Shown here piece after piece: positions 1 to 8,555 of a DNA stretch of 37,004 bases (the stretch's first letter is position 1; each line of letters begins with the position of its first letter). The notes below the pieces were generated by a model, which worked only from the letters and a program-made list of their open reading frames with translations, did no database searches and had not been told where the DNA came from. Source of the DNA: Candidatus Velthaea sp. GTDB lineage: Bacteria; Vulcanimicrobiota; Vulcanimicrobiia; Vulcanimicrobiales; Vulcanimicrobiaceae. The position numbers and the translations under genes were made by a program. The stretch is taken from contig JBEKHC010000049.1 in assembly GCA_050012475.1 (NCBI GenBank), forward strand, positions 1-37,004, in the 5' to 3' direction.

Positions 1-63
1 ATCAAAGAGGATCCAAGCCGCGAGCGCGATCTGGCCGTCTTTCTGGAACGCGAAATCTCGTAA
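1..63 (+). CDS. 3' end of an unidentified CDS (partial)
   Basis: Open frame IKEDPSRERDLAVFLEREIS ending TAA at 61-63, convergent with the next gene. Confidence 0.55.
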   Translation: MKEDPSRERDLAVFLEREIS

Positions 64-73
64 CCCTGCGGCG

Positions 74-319
74 TTAGCGGGGCTTCTTTAGGGCGTCGGC
101 TTTATGCGCCGCCGGCGCTCCGGTTTTTGCGCTTTGCACCAGATATTCGGGATTGTCCGGCAATGCCGCGACGTGGTGGCCCTTGATCTCGGTCGGCGAC
201 GTGAGCTTTTTCGCGACCGTGCCCGAAACGCGGCCTTGCGAAGACGACCATTCGACCTTGTCATGACGCGCAGCGTACCCGGCTGCGGACCGCCCACACC
301 GAGCGGGCGCCGGCGTCAA
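74..319 (-). CDS. DUF2945 (hypervirulence-associated Tudor-like) small protein; 5' end possibly frameshifted
   Basis: DKVEWSSSQGRVSGTVAKKLTSPTEIKGHHVAA...PEYLVQSAKTGAPAAHKADALKK matches the family pattern. The nearest ATG (264) is out of frame; the in-frame start is TTG 319. Confidence 0.75.
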   Translation of the reverse strand: MTPAPARCGRSAAGYAARHDKVEWSSSQGRVSGTVAKKLTSPTEIKGHHVAALPDNPEYLVQSAKTGAPAAHKADALKKPR

Positions 320-337
320 TGCGAAGGCGCGCAGCCG

Positions 338-1783
338 TCAGGCCGAAGCGGTGCGGACTTCGCGCGCATACCGCGCCAGAAAGGCGCGAGCGGCCTTTTC
401 GTGGTCGAGCACCGGCGCCGGATAGTGCAGCGGGCCGAAGAGATCCAAACCCAGCTGGCGCGGGGCACGCCGCGCGACCGGATCGAGAATCGCATCGTCG
501 GGCTGCAGCGCGAGTTCCGGAATCCAACGCCGGATGTAAGCGGCGGCCGGGTCGAAGCGGCGGGCTGCTTTGAGCGGATTGTAGATCCGCGGGTAGGCTG
601 CAAGGTCGGCGCCGACTCCCGCGATCCATTGCCAGTTGCCCGTCGCGAGTGCCGGCGTGTCTTCGATGAGCCAGCGATCCCATTCGTCGCGGCCGATGCG
701 CCAGTCGACCCCCAAGTCGAAACACAAAAACGACGCGGCGATCGCCCGCACGTAGGGATGCATCCAGCCCGTCGCGTGCAGTTGGCGAATTCCCGCATCG
801 ACGATCGGAAATCCGGTGCGCCCGCTGCGCCATGACTCCAGCTGCGGATGCGAGCGCGCGAAGCGGAAGCGGCGCATTTTGGGCTGCAGCGGCGTTTCGC
901 CCAAGTCCTCGGTGAACCAGGCCAGCTGCAAAAAGAAATCGCGCTGCGCAAAGGCGCGCAGAAAAAGGCGCAGCGCAGCTTTTTCTTCGGTAAGCAAGAA
1001 CGGGTCGCGCGCTCGTTCGCGCACGGCGCGGACGACCGTGCGCGCGGCGATGGTCCCGAATGCCAAATCGGCCGAGAGATGTGAGGTGGCATCAGCGGCG
1101 GGCGTGTAGCGCGCCGCGGCGTAGCCGAGCACCGTGCTCTCCAAAAAGCGCGCGCACGCCGCGGCCGCGGCCGCTTCCGACACCGTCCGCTCGCAGCGGG
1201 CTTCGCCGGCGCCGAATTCCGCGGGGTCGGGAAGCGGCTCGCTGGCCAAGTCGAGAACGGCGAAGCGCTGGGCTTGCGCGTTTGCCGCCGGTTCGAGCGT
1301 TTTCCAGCGCGCGTGGTACGGCACGAAGGCCCGGTAGCCGCCGCCGTCTCGATGCGCGGCGGCGCTCTCCTCGGGCGGAATCACCGGCGCGTCGTGGATC
1401 GCCAGAGCCCGCAGCCCGGCTTCCTCGAGCGTCGACTGGAGCGTTCGGCCGGCCCGCACGCTCTTGGCGTCATACCCGGTCGTCCACACGACGGCCGCGG
1501 CGCCGGCCGAGGCGGCTACGCCGCGGGCGATCGGCCCGGCTTGACCGCGCCGCACGATCAAACGCGAGCCGGCGGCCCGCAGCGACGCATCCAGCGCCGC
1601 AACCGCCGAGCAATACCACGCCGCCCGGCGCGGCGAGCGCGCCAGACGCTCGCTGCGGGCGGGATCGACGATGAGAATCGGAACGATTTCGCCGAACGCG
1701 GCCGCGGCGCTCAACCCGGCATGATCGCCCAACCGGAGATCGTCGGTGAAAGCGAAAACGGCGCGGCCGCCGGACTCCCCCGT
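338..1783 (-). CDS. DNA photolyase/cryptochrome family protein, divergent; start codon uncertain
   Basis: N-terminal VFAFTDDLRLGDH motif (extends upstream of TTG 1732), TSHLSADLAFG, GRTGFPIVDAGIRQLHATGWMH, NWQW, RIYNP..FDP..YIRRWIPEL. Confidence 0.9.
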   Translation of the reverse strand, partial: TGESGGRAVFAFTDDLRLGDHAGLSAAAAFGEIVPILIVDPARSERLARSPRRAAWYCSAVAALDASLRAAGSRLIVRRGQAGPIARGVAASAGAAAVVWTTGYDAKSVRAGRTLQSTLEEAGLRALAIHDAPVIPPEESAAAHRDGGGYRAFVPYHARWKTLEPAANAQAQRFAVLDLASEPLPDPAEFGAGEARCERTVSEAAAAAACARFLESTVLGYAAARYTPAADATSHLSADLAFGTIAARTVVRAVRERARDPFLLTEEKAALRLFLRAFAQRDFFLQLAWFTEDLGETPLQPKMRRFRFARSHPQLESWRSGRTGFPIVDAGIRQLHATGWMHPYVRAIAASFLCFDLGVDWRIGRDEWDRWLIEDTPALATGNWQWIAGVGADLAAYPRIYNPLKAARRFDPAAAYIRRWIPELALQPDDAILDPVARRAPRQLGLDLFGPLHYPAPVLDHEKAARAFLARYAREVRTASA

Positions 1784-1820
1784 TACATCCGGCGTGGCAT
1801 CAGCCCCGCGCGGCGTTCAG

Positions 1821-1852
1821 GCGGCAGAACGAGCGCCTGCCCGTTCTGCCGC
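1821..1852 (-). terminator. Stem-loop downstream of the cytochrome c gene
   Basis: Perfect 11-bp inverted repeat GCGGCAGAACG/CGTTCTGCCGC just after the stop; no U-tract. Confidence 0.55.
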
Positions 1853-1858
1853 ATTCGC

Positions 1859-2299
1859 TTAGAGCGACTCGACGTAAGCCGCGACGTCGGCGACGTCCTT
1901 TTCCGACAGCGGCGAGGGATAGAGTTTAGGCATCGGCGGTTGGGGATTCTTGATCCAGGCGACCGCCGCGTCCGTATCTTTGCGGCTCTTCTCGCCTTTG
2001 AGCGACGGACCGACGCCGCCCCCGGCACCCTTCGCACCGTGGCACGACGCGCAATTGGCGCTGAAAATCGTCTCGCCTTTCGTTGCGTCGCCGGCACTTG
2101 CGGTTGTTGACGACGCGGCCGACGATGCCGCCGCCGGCTCGCTGCTCGCAGCGGCTGCTGCGGGCGCCGCCGAAGCGCTCGACGCCGCGGAGGTGTCAGT
2201 CGAACTCGAGCTCGACGTGTCCGCGGGTTTCGAGCACCCGGCGAACGACACGGCGCCGATCGCCGCAACGGCGAGAAGCGTGAAAAACTTGGATTGCAT
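1859..2299 (-). CDS. Lipoprotein monoheme cytochrome c (c551-like)
   Basis: AAGGAG RBS, lipobox FAGC, Ser/Ala-rich linker, CASCH heme motif, GPSL, distal Met in PPMP. Confidence 0.9.
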   Translation of the reverse strand: MQSKFFTLLAVAAIGAVSFAGCSKPADTSSSSSTDTSAASSASAAPAAAAASSEPAAASSAASSTTASAGDATKGETIFSANCASCHGAKGAGGGVGPSLKGEKSRKDTDAAVAWIKNPQPPMPKLYPSPLSEKDVADVAAYVESL

Positions 2300-2312
2300 A
2301 GACACTCCTTTC

Positions 2313-2332
2313 GTATCCCCGCGCGGGGATAC
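2313..2332. promoter_or_regulatory. Perfect 20-bp palindrome (operator or 5'UTR hairpin) upstream of the cytochrome c RBS
   Basis: GTATCCCCGCGCGGGGATAC. Confidence 0.45.
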
Positions 2333-2482
2333 CCAGAATTGAGCCGTTCGCATCGAATCGACGCCATCCGCACAGGGCGATGCGCCGTCAGACGAAAAGC
2401 AACCCAACGTGAGTCGTATCTCCATTCGATTCGCTAAGCCCTACGATGCAATGCGCTTCGTGACCCGCGGCGCAGTACCCGG

Positions 2483-2983
2483 TTGAACCAAGGACGCGAA
2501 TCGTCGCTGCAGCGCGCCGGCGTACGTTTCTTGCGCCTGGTCGAGCGGTTGATCTTCTTCATCATCGGTGCGATGCTGTTCGCGGCAGCGTTTGCATTGC
2601 TCTGGCGCGCGATCATCGTGCTGGGGGAGCTGTTCGCGAGCCCCGGCGCTCACGCGATGGACGCGGGCGCAGCATTTCTCGACGTCGTGCTGCTCGTGCT
2701 CATGGTCGTCGAACTCGCGTATACGGTGATCTTATCGTTGGGCGGCATCGTGCTCTCCGCCGAGCCGTTTCTCATCGTCGGACTCATCGCGGTGATCCGG
2801 CGGATATTGGTCATCACCGTCGGCGAAGTGCAAAGCGATAAAGCGTCGTCGCAGCTCACCCAAAACTCCGCCATCGAACTCGCGATCCTCACCGGCGTCG
2901 TCCTCGCATTCGTAGCCTCGATCGTCATGCTGCGTCGCTGGCGCTCGCACGCCGACGAACCCGACCCCATCCACACCGATTAG
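2483..2983 (+). CDS. PsiE-family membrane protein
   Basis: Four hydrophobic helices; LLVLMVVELAYTV and EPFLIVGLIAVIRRILVIT motifs. Confidence 0.8.
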   Translation: MNQGRESSLQRAGVRFLRLVERLIFFIIGAMLFAAAFALLWRAIIVLGELFASPGAHAMDAGAAFLDVVLLVLMVVELAYTVILSLGGIVLSAEPFLIVGLIAVIRRILVITVGEVQSDKASSQLTQNSAIELAILTGVVLAFVASIVMLRRWRSHADEPDPIHTD

Positions 2984-3000
2984 AAAGAGAAGCGGCGAGC

Positions 3001-4011
3001 TCAGCCGCCGATTTCGCTGAACGCGCGCATCGCGCTGGCGGGCTTGCCGAGATCGAGGTGGTGACGTTCGGGTTTCACGTACATTGCGCCGCGGAAGATG
3101 GCGGCGACGTCGTCGAGCGATGCGCCGGCGCGCACGGGCGTGCGCAGATCGATCTCGTTGTCGCCGAAGAGACATAAGCGCAAACGGCCGTCGGCCGACA
3201 GACGCACCCGATTGCACGTCTCGCAGTAGTCGTGCGAGAGCGGCGTAATCACGCCGACCGTGCCCGCCGCATCCGGAATCGCAAAATAGCGCGCCGGCCC
3301 GTTACCGCCCGGGCCTCGAACCGGGACGAGCACCGCCGACGCCCGGATGCGATCGAGAATTTCCGCCGCGCTGATGTACGCATCACGCTGCAGCGCAACG
3401 TTGTCGAGCACGGGCATCATCTCGATGAACCGAACGTGGATGCGACGCTCGCGCGTCAACTCGGCGAAGGCGACGACCTCGTCGTCGTTCTGTCCGCGCA
3501 TGACGACGCAATTGAGCTTGATCGGCCCGAGTCCCGCGCCGAGCGCGGCGTCGATGCCGGCCAGCACCCGTTCCAAACCGTGACGGCGCGCGATGGTGAA
3601 AAAGCGCTCCGGGCGCAGCGTGTCGAGCGAGATATTGACCCGCTGCAAGCCAGCGGCGCATAGCCCTTCGACTTGCTCGGCCAGCAAGAGACCGTTGGTC
3701 GACAGCGCGATGTCGTCGATGCCTGGGATACTCGCGATCCGCGCGACGAGCCGCGCCAGGTCGCGCCGGACCAGCGGCTCGCCCCCGGTGAGCCGAATAC
3801 TGCGCACGCCGATCGACGCCGCCGCGCGGACGATCGACGCGATCTCCTCGAAACTAAGGGTATCCGCCCGGGCGATCCAGGGCAGCCCCGCTTCGGGCAT
3901 GCAGTAGACGCAGCGCAGGTTGCAGCGATCCGTCACCGAGACGCGCAGGTAGGTGATGGGGCGATTGAATTGATCCGCCAACGGCGCGACGTGCGGGATC
4001 AGATCGATCAT
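3001..4011 (-). CDS. moaA: GTP 3',8-cyclase (radical SAM)
   Basis: YLRVSVTDRCNLRCVYCMP, LTGGEP, CETCNRVRL..GRLRLCLF, C-terminal IGG. Confidence 0.97.
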   Translation of the reverse strand: MIDLIPHVAPLADQFNRPITYLRVSVTDRCNLRCVYCMPEAGLPWIARADTLSFEEIASIVRAAASIGVRSIRLTGGEPLVRRDLARLVARIASIPGIDDIALSTNGLLLAEQVEGLCAAGLQRVNISLDTLRPERFFTIARRHGLERVLAGIDAALGAGLGPIKLNCVVMRGQNDDEVVAFAELTRERRIHVRFIEMMPVLDNVALQRDAYISAAEILDRIRASAVLVPVRGPGGNGPARYFAIPDAAGTVGVITPLSHDYCETCNRVRLSADGRLRLCLFGDNEIDLRTPVRAGASLDDVAAIFRGAMYVKPERHHLDLGKPASAMRAFSEIGG

Positions 4012-4096
4012 GCCGTTTTCGTATACCCTAAAAGCCTAGGCACGCCTTCGGAGTGCTTGCCGGGCGATCCGGCGAGCACCCCGGCACATGCGGCGT

Positions 4097-4744
4097 CTAT
4101 TGCTGGTCGAACACCGTGTCGGGCACGTCGACGTTGATTTGGTAATTCGAGAACGTCGACGTGACATCGGCATTGTAATGCGGGATGTCGACCTTGCCGG
4201 TCTGCTGCTTGAGGACGTAATTTTCCCCCAGCCGGTCATAGGATTGCGTGAACGCGATCGTGCCGCCGTTGTCGCGATACACGTACGTCATGCCGGTGAC
4301 CGTCGCGGTCGCGTCGTCGACCTTGACGTCGACGTGATCGATCCGGCCATTCTTTTTGCGAACCAAACGAAACGTCGCGGTCGTGCCGTCGTCCCCCGTG
4401 GGCGTCACGTCGTAGACGCTCGGCCATTCGGACGGCGGTTCGATCTGGGCGACGACGTGCTTCGCCTGCTGCGCGATGAACGGAACGGTGTCGAAAACGA
4501 CGGCGTTTTTGTCGGGCTTCTTGAAATATATTTTGCCTTGCAGCGTCGGGCTGATGAACGGCGGCCCGTGGGTGAGAATCGCGACCGTGACGTCGGCTTG
4601 ATACGACGAAAGATTCGGATTGACGCGCTGCATGCGCGCGTACACATCACTTCCGGCAGCGTCGGCGGCGGCCAGCGTCGGCGAAACGCAGAGCGCCAGC
4701 GCAGCCGCCAGCGCGAGACAGAGCGAGCGTCGGGAGATCATCAC
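4097..4744 (-). CDS. Exported LolA-like/lipoprotein-sorting-fold protein
   Basis: Signal peptide ending LAA, GKIYFKKPDK strand, beta-rich body, C-terminal INVDVPDTVF. Confidence 0.6.
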   Translation of the reverse strand: MMISRRSLCLALAAALALCVSPTLAAADAAGSDVYARMQRVNPNLSSYQADVTVAILTHGPPFISPTLQGKIYFKKPDKNAVVFDTVPFIAQQAKHVVAQIEPPSEWPSVYDVTPTGDDGTTATFRLVRKKNGRIDHVDVKVDDATATVTGMTYVYRDNGGTIAFTQSYDRLGENYVLKQQTGKVDIPHYNADVTSTFSNYQINVDVPDTVFDQQ

Positions 4745-4746
4745 GC

Positions 4747-5877
4747 CTACAACGCCCCTGCAGGCCGGTGGGGTTCCAGCGCTGCATCAATCTCAGCGCG
4801 CACCCAGGTATTGGGCTCGGCGGAGCGCGCCGCCGCCAGCTGCGCGAGCGCCTGCGGCGAAGCGATTCGTCCCAAGGCCCAAGCGGCATGCCCGCGGACG
4901 CCGGGATGCGGGTCGGCGCTCAAAGCGCGCGCGAGATCCGGCACGTGCCCCCGGTCCAAGCCGTTGCCGAGCGCGACCGCGGCGTTCCGGCGCAAGACCG
5001 TCGCCCCGCGCCAGCCCATCGCGGTTTGCGCGTAGCGCCGTTTGAATTCTCCGCTGCGCAAGCGCAGCAGCACGGTCAGGTCGGGCGCTCGGGTCGCTTC
5101 GTCCAACGGGGCGAAGGCGAGGCTTGCGCGCCGCCCGCGGCGCGTCGGCGGACAAATGTCCTGGCACAAATCGCAGCCCCACACCCAGTCGCCGATCGCC
5201 CCGCGCAATGCGCGCGGGATCGGTCCCCGCCGCTGGGTGAGGTCCGAGATGCACCGCGTCGCATCGATCGTGTAGTCGCCGCGCAGCGCGCCCGTCGGGC
5301 AAACGTCGATGCAGCGGGTGCAGCCCCCGCACGTCTTGCGCAGCGGCGCGTCCGGCACCAGTTCGAGCGACGTCACGATCTCGCCCAGAAAGACGAACGA
5401 GCCGAGCTGGGGCGCAATCAAGTTCGTGTGTTTGCCGATCCAGCCCAATCCGGCCTGGGCGGCAAAGGCGCGCTCCGCGAGCGGGGCCGTATCGCAAGCA
5501 ATCGCGGTCACGGCGGCACCAGCCAGCCGATCGACGTCGGCCGCGACCGCGCCGAGCACGTCGCGCATCCGGCGGTGATAGTCAGGCGACCAGGCATAGT
5601 TCGAGACGCGGCCGCAGCCGCGCCGTCGTGGCTTGGCCGGCGTCGCGTAAGCGAGCGCGACGCAAATGACGCTGCGCGCTTCGGGCAGCAGCGTGCGCGG
5701 ATCGCTCGCGCGAACCGCATATGCGTCGTCATAGCCCCAGGTTGCGAGGTCTTGGCGCGCGATGGACGCGCGCAATTCCCGCCGGGTCTCCGCCAGCGGC
5801 AACGCGGATGCGATGCGCACAGCGTCCGCCCCGGCAGCCAGCGCCGCGGCCACGACGGCAGCGCGCTCGACGGACAT
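4747..5877 (-). CDS. queG: tRNA epoxyqueuosine reductase
   Basis: GRVSNYAW..DYH, DTAPLAERAFA..AGLGWIGKH, CxxCxxCxxxCP, CDLCQDICP, RRNAAVALGN and HEAT-like tail. Confidence 0.95.
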   Translation of the reverse strand: MSVERAAVVAAALAAGADAVRIASALPLAETRRELRASIARQDLATWGYDDAYAVRASDPRTLLPEARSVICVALAYATPAKPRRRGCGRVSNYAWSPDYHRRMRDVLGAVAADVDRLAGAAVTAIACDTAPLAERAFAAQAGLGWIGKHTNLIAPQLGSFVFLGEIVTSLELVPDAPLRKTCGGCTRCIDVCPTGALRGDYTIDATRCISDLTQRRGPIPRALRGAIGDWVWGCDLCQDICPPTRRGRRASLAFAPLDEATRAPDLTVLLRLRSGEFKRRYAQTAMGWRGATVLRRNAAVALGNGLDRGHVPDLARALSADPHPGVRGHAAWALGRIASPQALAQLAAARSAEPNTWVRAEIDAALEPHRPAGAL

Positions 5878-6725
5878 TACAGCGTGGGCAATCCGCCGCG
5901 GCGCTCGCGGGTCGGGAACGCCTTATCGATCGCGTCGATATCGGCTGATTCGAGCAGCAGATCGCCGGCGGCGGCATTTTCCGCGGCATGCGCGATCGTG
6001 GATGCTTTGGGGATCGTGAACACGATCGGATCGCGGGTGAGAAACGCCAGGATCACTTGGCGGATGGTGGCGTCGTACTTTTTGGCGACGCGCTCGAGCA
6101 CCGCCGTCCCGGGCTGGTCCTCGTAATCGCCGCGGCCGAACGGGGTGTAGCCTACGATCGACACGCCATGCTCGCGGCAATAGGCGAATTCACGTTCCTC
6201 CACCGTGCGTTCGCCCAGGTGGTACAGCACTTGATTGCACGCCAAGGGCTCGCGTTCGAGTAAGGCATGCGCTTCCCGCAGATCATCGACGTCGAAATTA
6301 CTCACGCCCAGCGTGCGAATTTTTCCCTGCGCAACGAGCTGATCCATCGCGCGCAGGGTCTCGCGTAAGGGGATGCCGCCCCGCCAATGCAGCAGAAACC
6401 CGTCGAGATAATCGCAGCCGAGCCGCTCCAACGAGGCTTCACAGGCCGCGATCGTTCCGGCGTAGGTCGCATTCGACGGCATCACTTTGGAAACGATGAA
6501 CAGCGACTCGCGGGGCAGGCCGCGGATCGCCGCACCGATCAGCAGCTCCGAACCGCCGTCACCATACATCTCGGCAGTATCGATGTGCGTCAAACCGAGT
6601 TCCACACCGCGCCGCAGCGCGCGCTTGGCTTCGTCCGCGGCGCTGCCGCGCAGCGGCAAGTTCCACGAGCCTTGGCCGATCCGCGGAACGTCGAAGCCCG
6701 ACGTGCCAAAGGCATGTCGAATCAC
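5877..6725 (-). CDS. Aldo/keto reductase
   Basis: IGQGSW, IDTAEMYGDG, SKV, LLHW, GKIRTLGVSNF, IPKAS; GTG start overlaps the rfbC stop. Confidence 0.93.
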   Translation of the reverse strand: MIRHAFGTSGFDVPRIGQGSWNLPLRGSAADEAKRALRRGVELGLTHIDTAEMYGDGGSELLIGAAIRGLPRESLFIVSKVMPSNATYAGTIAACEASLERLGCDYLDGFLLHWRGGIPLRETLRAMDQLVAQGKIRTLGVSNFDVDDLREAHALLEREPLACNQVLYHLGERTVEEREFAYCREHGVSIVGYTPFGRGDYEDQPGTAVLERVAKKYDATIRQVILAFLTRDPIVFTIPKASTIAHAAENAAAGDLLLESADIDAIDKAFPTRERRGGLPTL

Positions 6726-7255
6726 GGTAAGGCGTCCAGCGGAACAGCAGCATCTTTGGCTGACAAACGCGGCTCGCCGACGAGCGGCCATTCGATGCCG
6801 ACTTGCGGATTGCGCCAGCTGATCGCGCCTTCGCTCGCTGGATCGTACGCAACGCTGTTCTTGTAGTGCACGACCACTTCGTCCGCGAGCGCGATGAAGC
6901 CATGGGCGAAGCCGGCGGGCACGTAGAGCTGCCGGTGGTTGCCGGCGGAAAGCATGAACCCTTGCCACTGCAAATACGTCGGCGAGTCACGCCGCAAATC
7001 GACGATCGCGTCGAAAATCCGCCCGTGCAAACACTGCACGAGTTTGGCCATCCGGAAGTCGTAGTGCATGCCGCGAATGACGTTGAACGTCGACCACGAC
7101 GTCGAGTCTTGTTCCCATTCGAGGGTCGGCAAATCAAGGGCGGCGTATTTCGGCTTCGACCAAACTTCTTTGAAATAACCGCGGTCGTCGTCAAAGACGT
7201 CCGGGACGAACACTTTAGCCGCGGCAAATTTCGTGGGGTGAACGGTCAGCACCAA
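6722..7255 (-). CDS. rfbC: dTDP-4-dehydrorhamnose 3,5-epimerase
   Basis: DDRGYFKE, RGMHY, VDLRRDSPTY..W, YVPAGFAHGF, LSAKD; AAGGAG RBS. Confidence 0.93.
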   Translation of the reverse strand: MVLTVHPTKFAAAKVFVPDVFDDDRGYFKEVWSKPKYAALDLPTLEWEQDSTSWSTFNVIRGMHYDFRMAKLVQCLHGRIFDAIVDLRRDSPTYLQWQGFMLSAGNHRQLYVPAGFAHGFIALADEVVVHYKNSVAYDPASEGAISWRNPQVGIEWPLVGEPRLSAKDAAVPLDALP

Positions 7256-7270
7256 GAGCTCCTTCTAATG

Positions 7271-7434
7271 GGCTGCGCACTTCGCGCGCAGCCTGGGCAT
7301 TCCGCGAACCTTTCGGGACGTCGCCCCGAAAAGTCCGCTGCATGCCCCCCCACGCGACTACGCGCGTGGACCCCCGCTTTAATATTCTGCGCACTTCGCG
7401 CGCAGTCCGGGCATGCCGCCAAGCTCTGGGACGT
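7271..7434. repeat. Structured intergenic element with an imperfect ~48-bp direct repeat
   Basis: Copies at 7273-7321 and 7387-7434 share an identical first 19 nt (CTGCGCACTTCGCGCGCAG); several internal hairpins. Confidence 0.75.
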
Positions 7435-8555
7435 TAAAACATCTCGAAGGCGGGATCGATGGCGGCGTAGGCGAGGAGGCCGTCCGTGAGGTGGTAGAGC
7501 TTGGCGAAGCCGGCGTCGCGCAGGCGTTCGGCGGCCCAGCGCGATTTCGCGCCGACCCGGCAGGCGACGACGTAGGTGCGCGCCGTGTCGAGCTCGTGCA
7601 GACGTGCTTCGAGGTCACCGGCCGGGATCTCGATTGCACCCGGCACCGAGCCCAGAATGCGCTCGTGCGGATCGCGGACGTCGAGCAGCCGCGCGGCGGG
7701 ATCGGCCAAGACCGCGTCGAGCTCCGCAGCGGCAAGCTCGGCGACCCGGCGCGCGGCGGGCGGCCCCTGCGGTGCGTCGCCAAGGTCGCGGATCGAGGGC
7801 GAATCGCCGCACAGCGGACAGGCCGGATCGCGCGCTAATCGCACTTCGCGAACGCGCGCATCGAGCGCATCGACCAGTAGCAGGCGCCCGACGAGCGGGG
7901 CGCCGATCCCCAAGAGCAGCTTGAGTACCTCGGCGGCTTGCCAAGTGCCGATCAGGCCGGCGAGCGCGCCCAGCACGCCGCCTTCGGCGCAGCTGGGCAT
8001 GAGGTGGTCGGGCGGCGGCTGGGGATACAAGCACCGGTAACAAGGGCCGCCCGGCGCGCCGAAGACCGAGACCTGGCCGTCGAAGCGGAAAATCGACCCG
8101 TAAACGTCGAGCTTACCCTCGAGGACGCAGGCATCGTTCACCAAGTAACGCGAGCCGAACGTGTCGGTGCCGTCGACGACCACATCGTAGAGCCGAACCA
8201 GTTCACGTGCGTTGCTCGGACCAAAGCGTGCCGCGATCGGATCGATCGCGACCTGCGGGTTGAGCGCGCGCAGCCGTTCGGCAGCGGCGCCGGCTTTGGG
8301 CGCGCCGATGTCGTCCATCGTGTAGAGAATTTGGCGCTGCAAGTTGGTGAGGTCGACCGTGTCGTCGTCGACGATGCCGATCCGGCCCACGCCCGCTGCG
8401 GTCAGATAGGCCAGCACCGGCGACCCCAAGCCGCCGGCGCCGACGCACAGCACGCGTGCCGCGGCCAGCTTTTCTTGGCCGGCCAGACCCACTTCGGGGA
8501 TGAGCAGATGCCGGCTGTAGCGGCGCAGGGCCGCCCGGCCGGCGAGCGACGGCAT
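7434..8555 (-). CDS. moeB: Molybdopterin-synthase adenylyltransferase with rhodanese domain (MoeB/MoeZ)
   Basis: RYSRHLLIPEVG, GAGGLG, NLQRQ, CYRC, PSCAEGG, CPLC, rhodanese CRVGAKS. Confidence 0.95.
   Translation of the reverse strand: MPSLAGRAALRRYSRHLLIPEVGLAGQEKLAAARVLCVGAGGLGSPVLAYLTAAGVGRIGIVDDDTVDLTNLQRQILYTMDDIGAPKAGAAAERLRALNPQVAIDPIAARFGPSNARELVRLYDVVVDGTDTFGSRYLVNDACVLEGKLDVYGSIFRFDGQVSVFGAPGGPCYRCLYPQPPPDHLMPSCAEGGVLGALAGLIGTWQAAEVLKLLLGIGAPLVGRLLLVDALDARVREVRLARDPACPLCGDSPSIRDLGDAPQGPPAARRVAELAAAELDAVLADPAARLLDVRDPHERILGSVPGAIEIPAGDLEARLHELDTARTYVVACRVGAKSRWAAERLRDAGFAKLYHLTDGLLAYAAIDPAFEMF

Noticed and set aside
2090..2230. Low-complexity GC-rich repeats
   Set aside because: They encode the Ser/Ala linker of the lipoprotein cytochrome c
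2313..2332. Resemblance to a type I-E CRISPR repeat core (TCCCCGC..GCGGGGAT)
   Set aside because: Single copy, no spacers, no cas genes
7273..7434. Possible mini CRISPR array
   Set aside because: Only two degenerate copies, with a structured ~65-nt spacer and no cas genes
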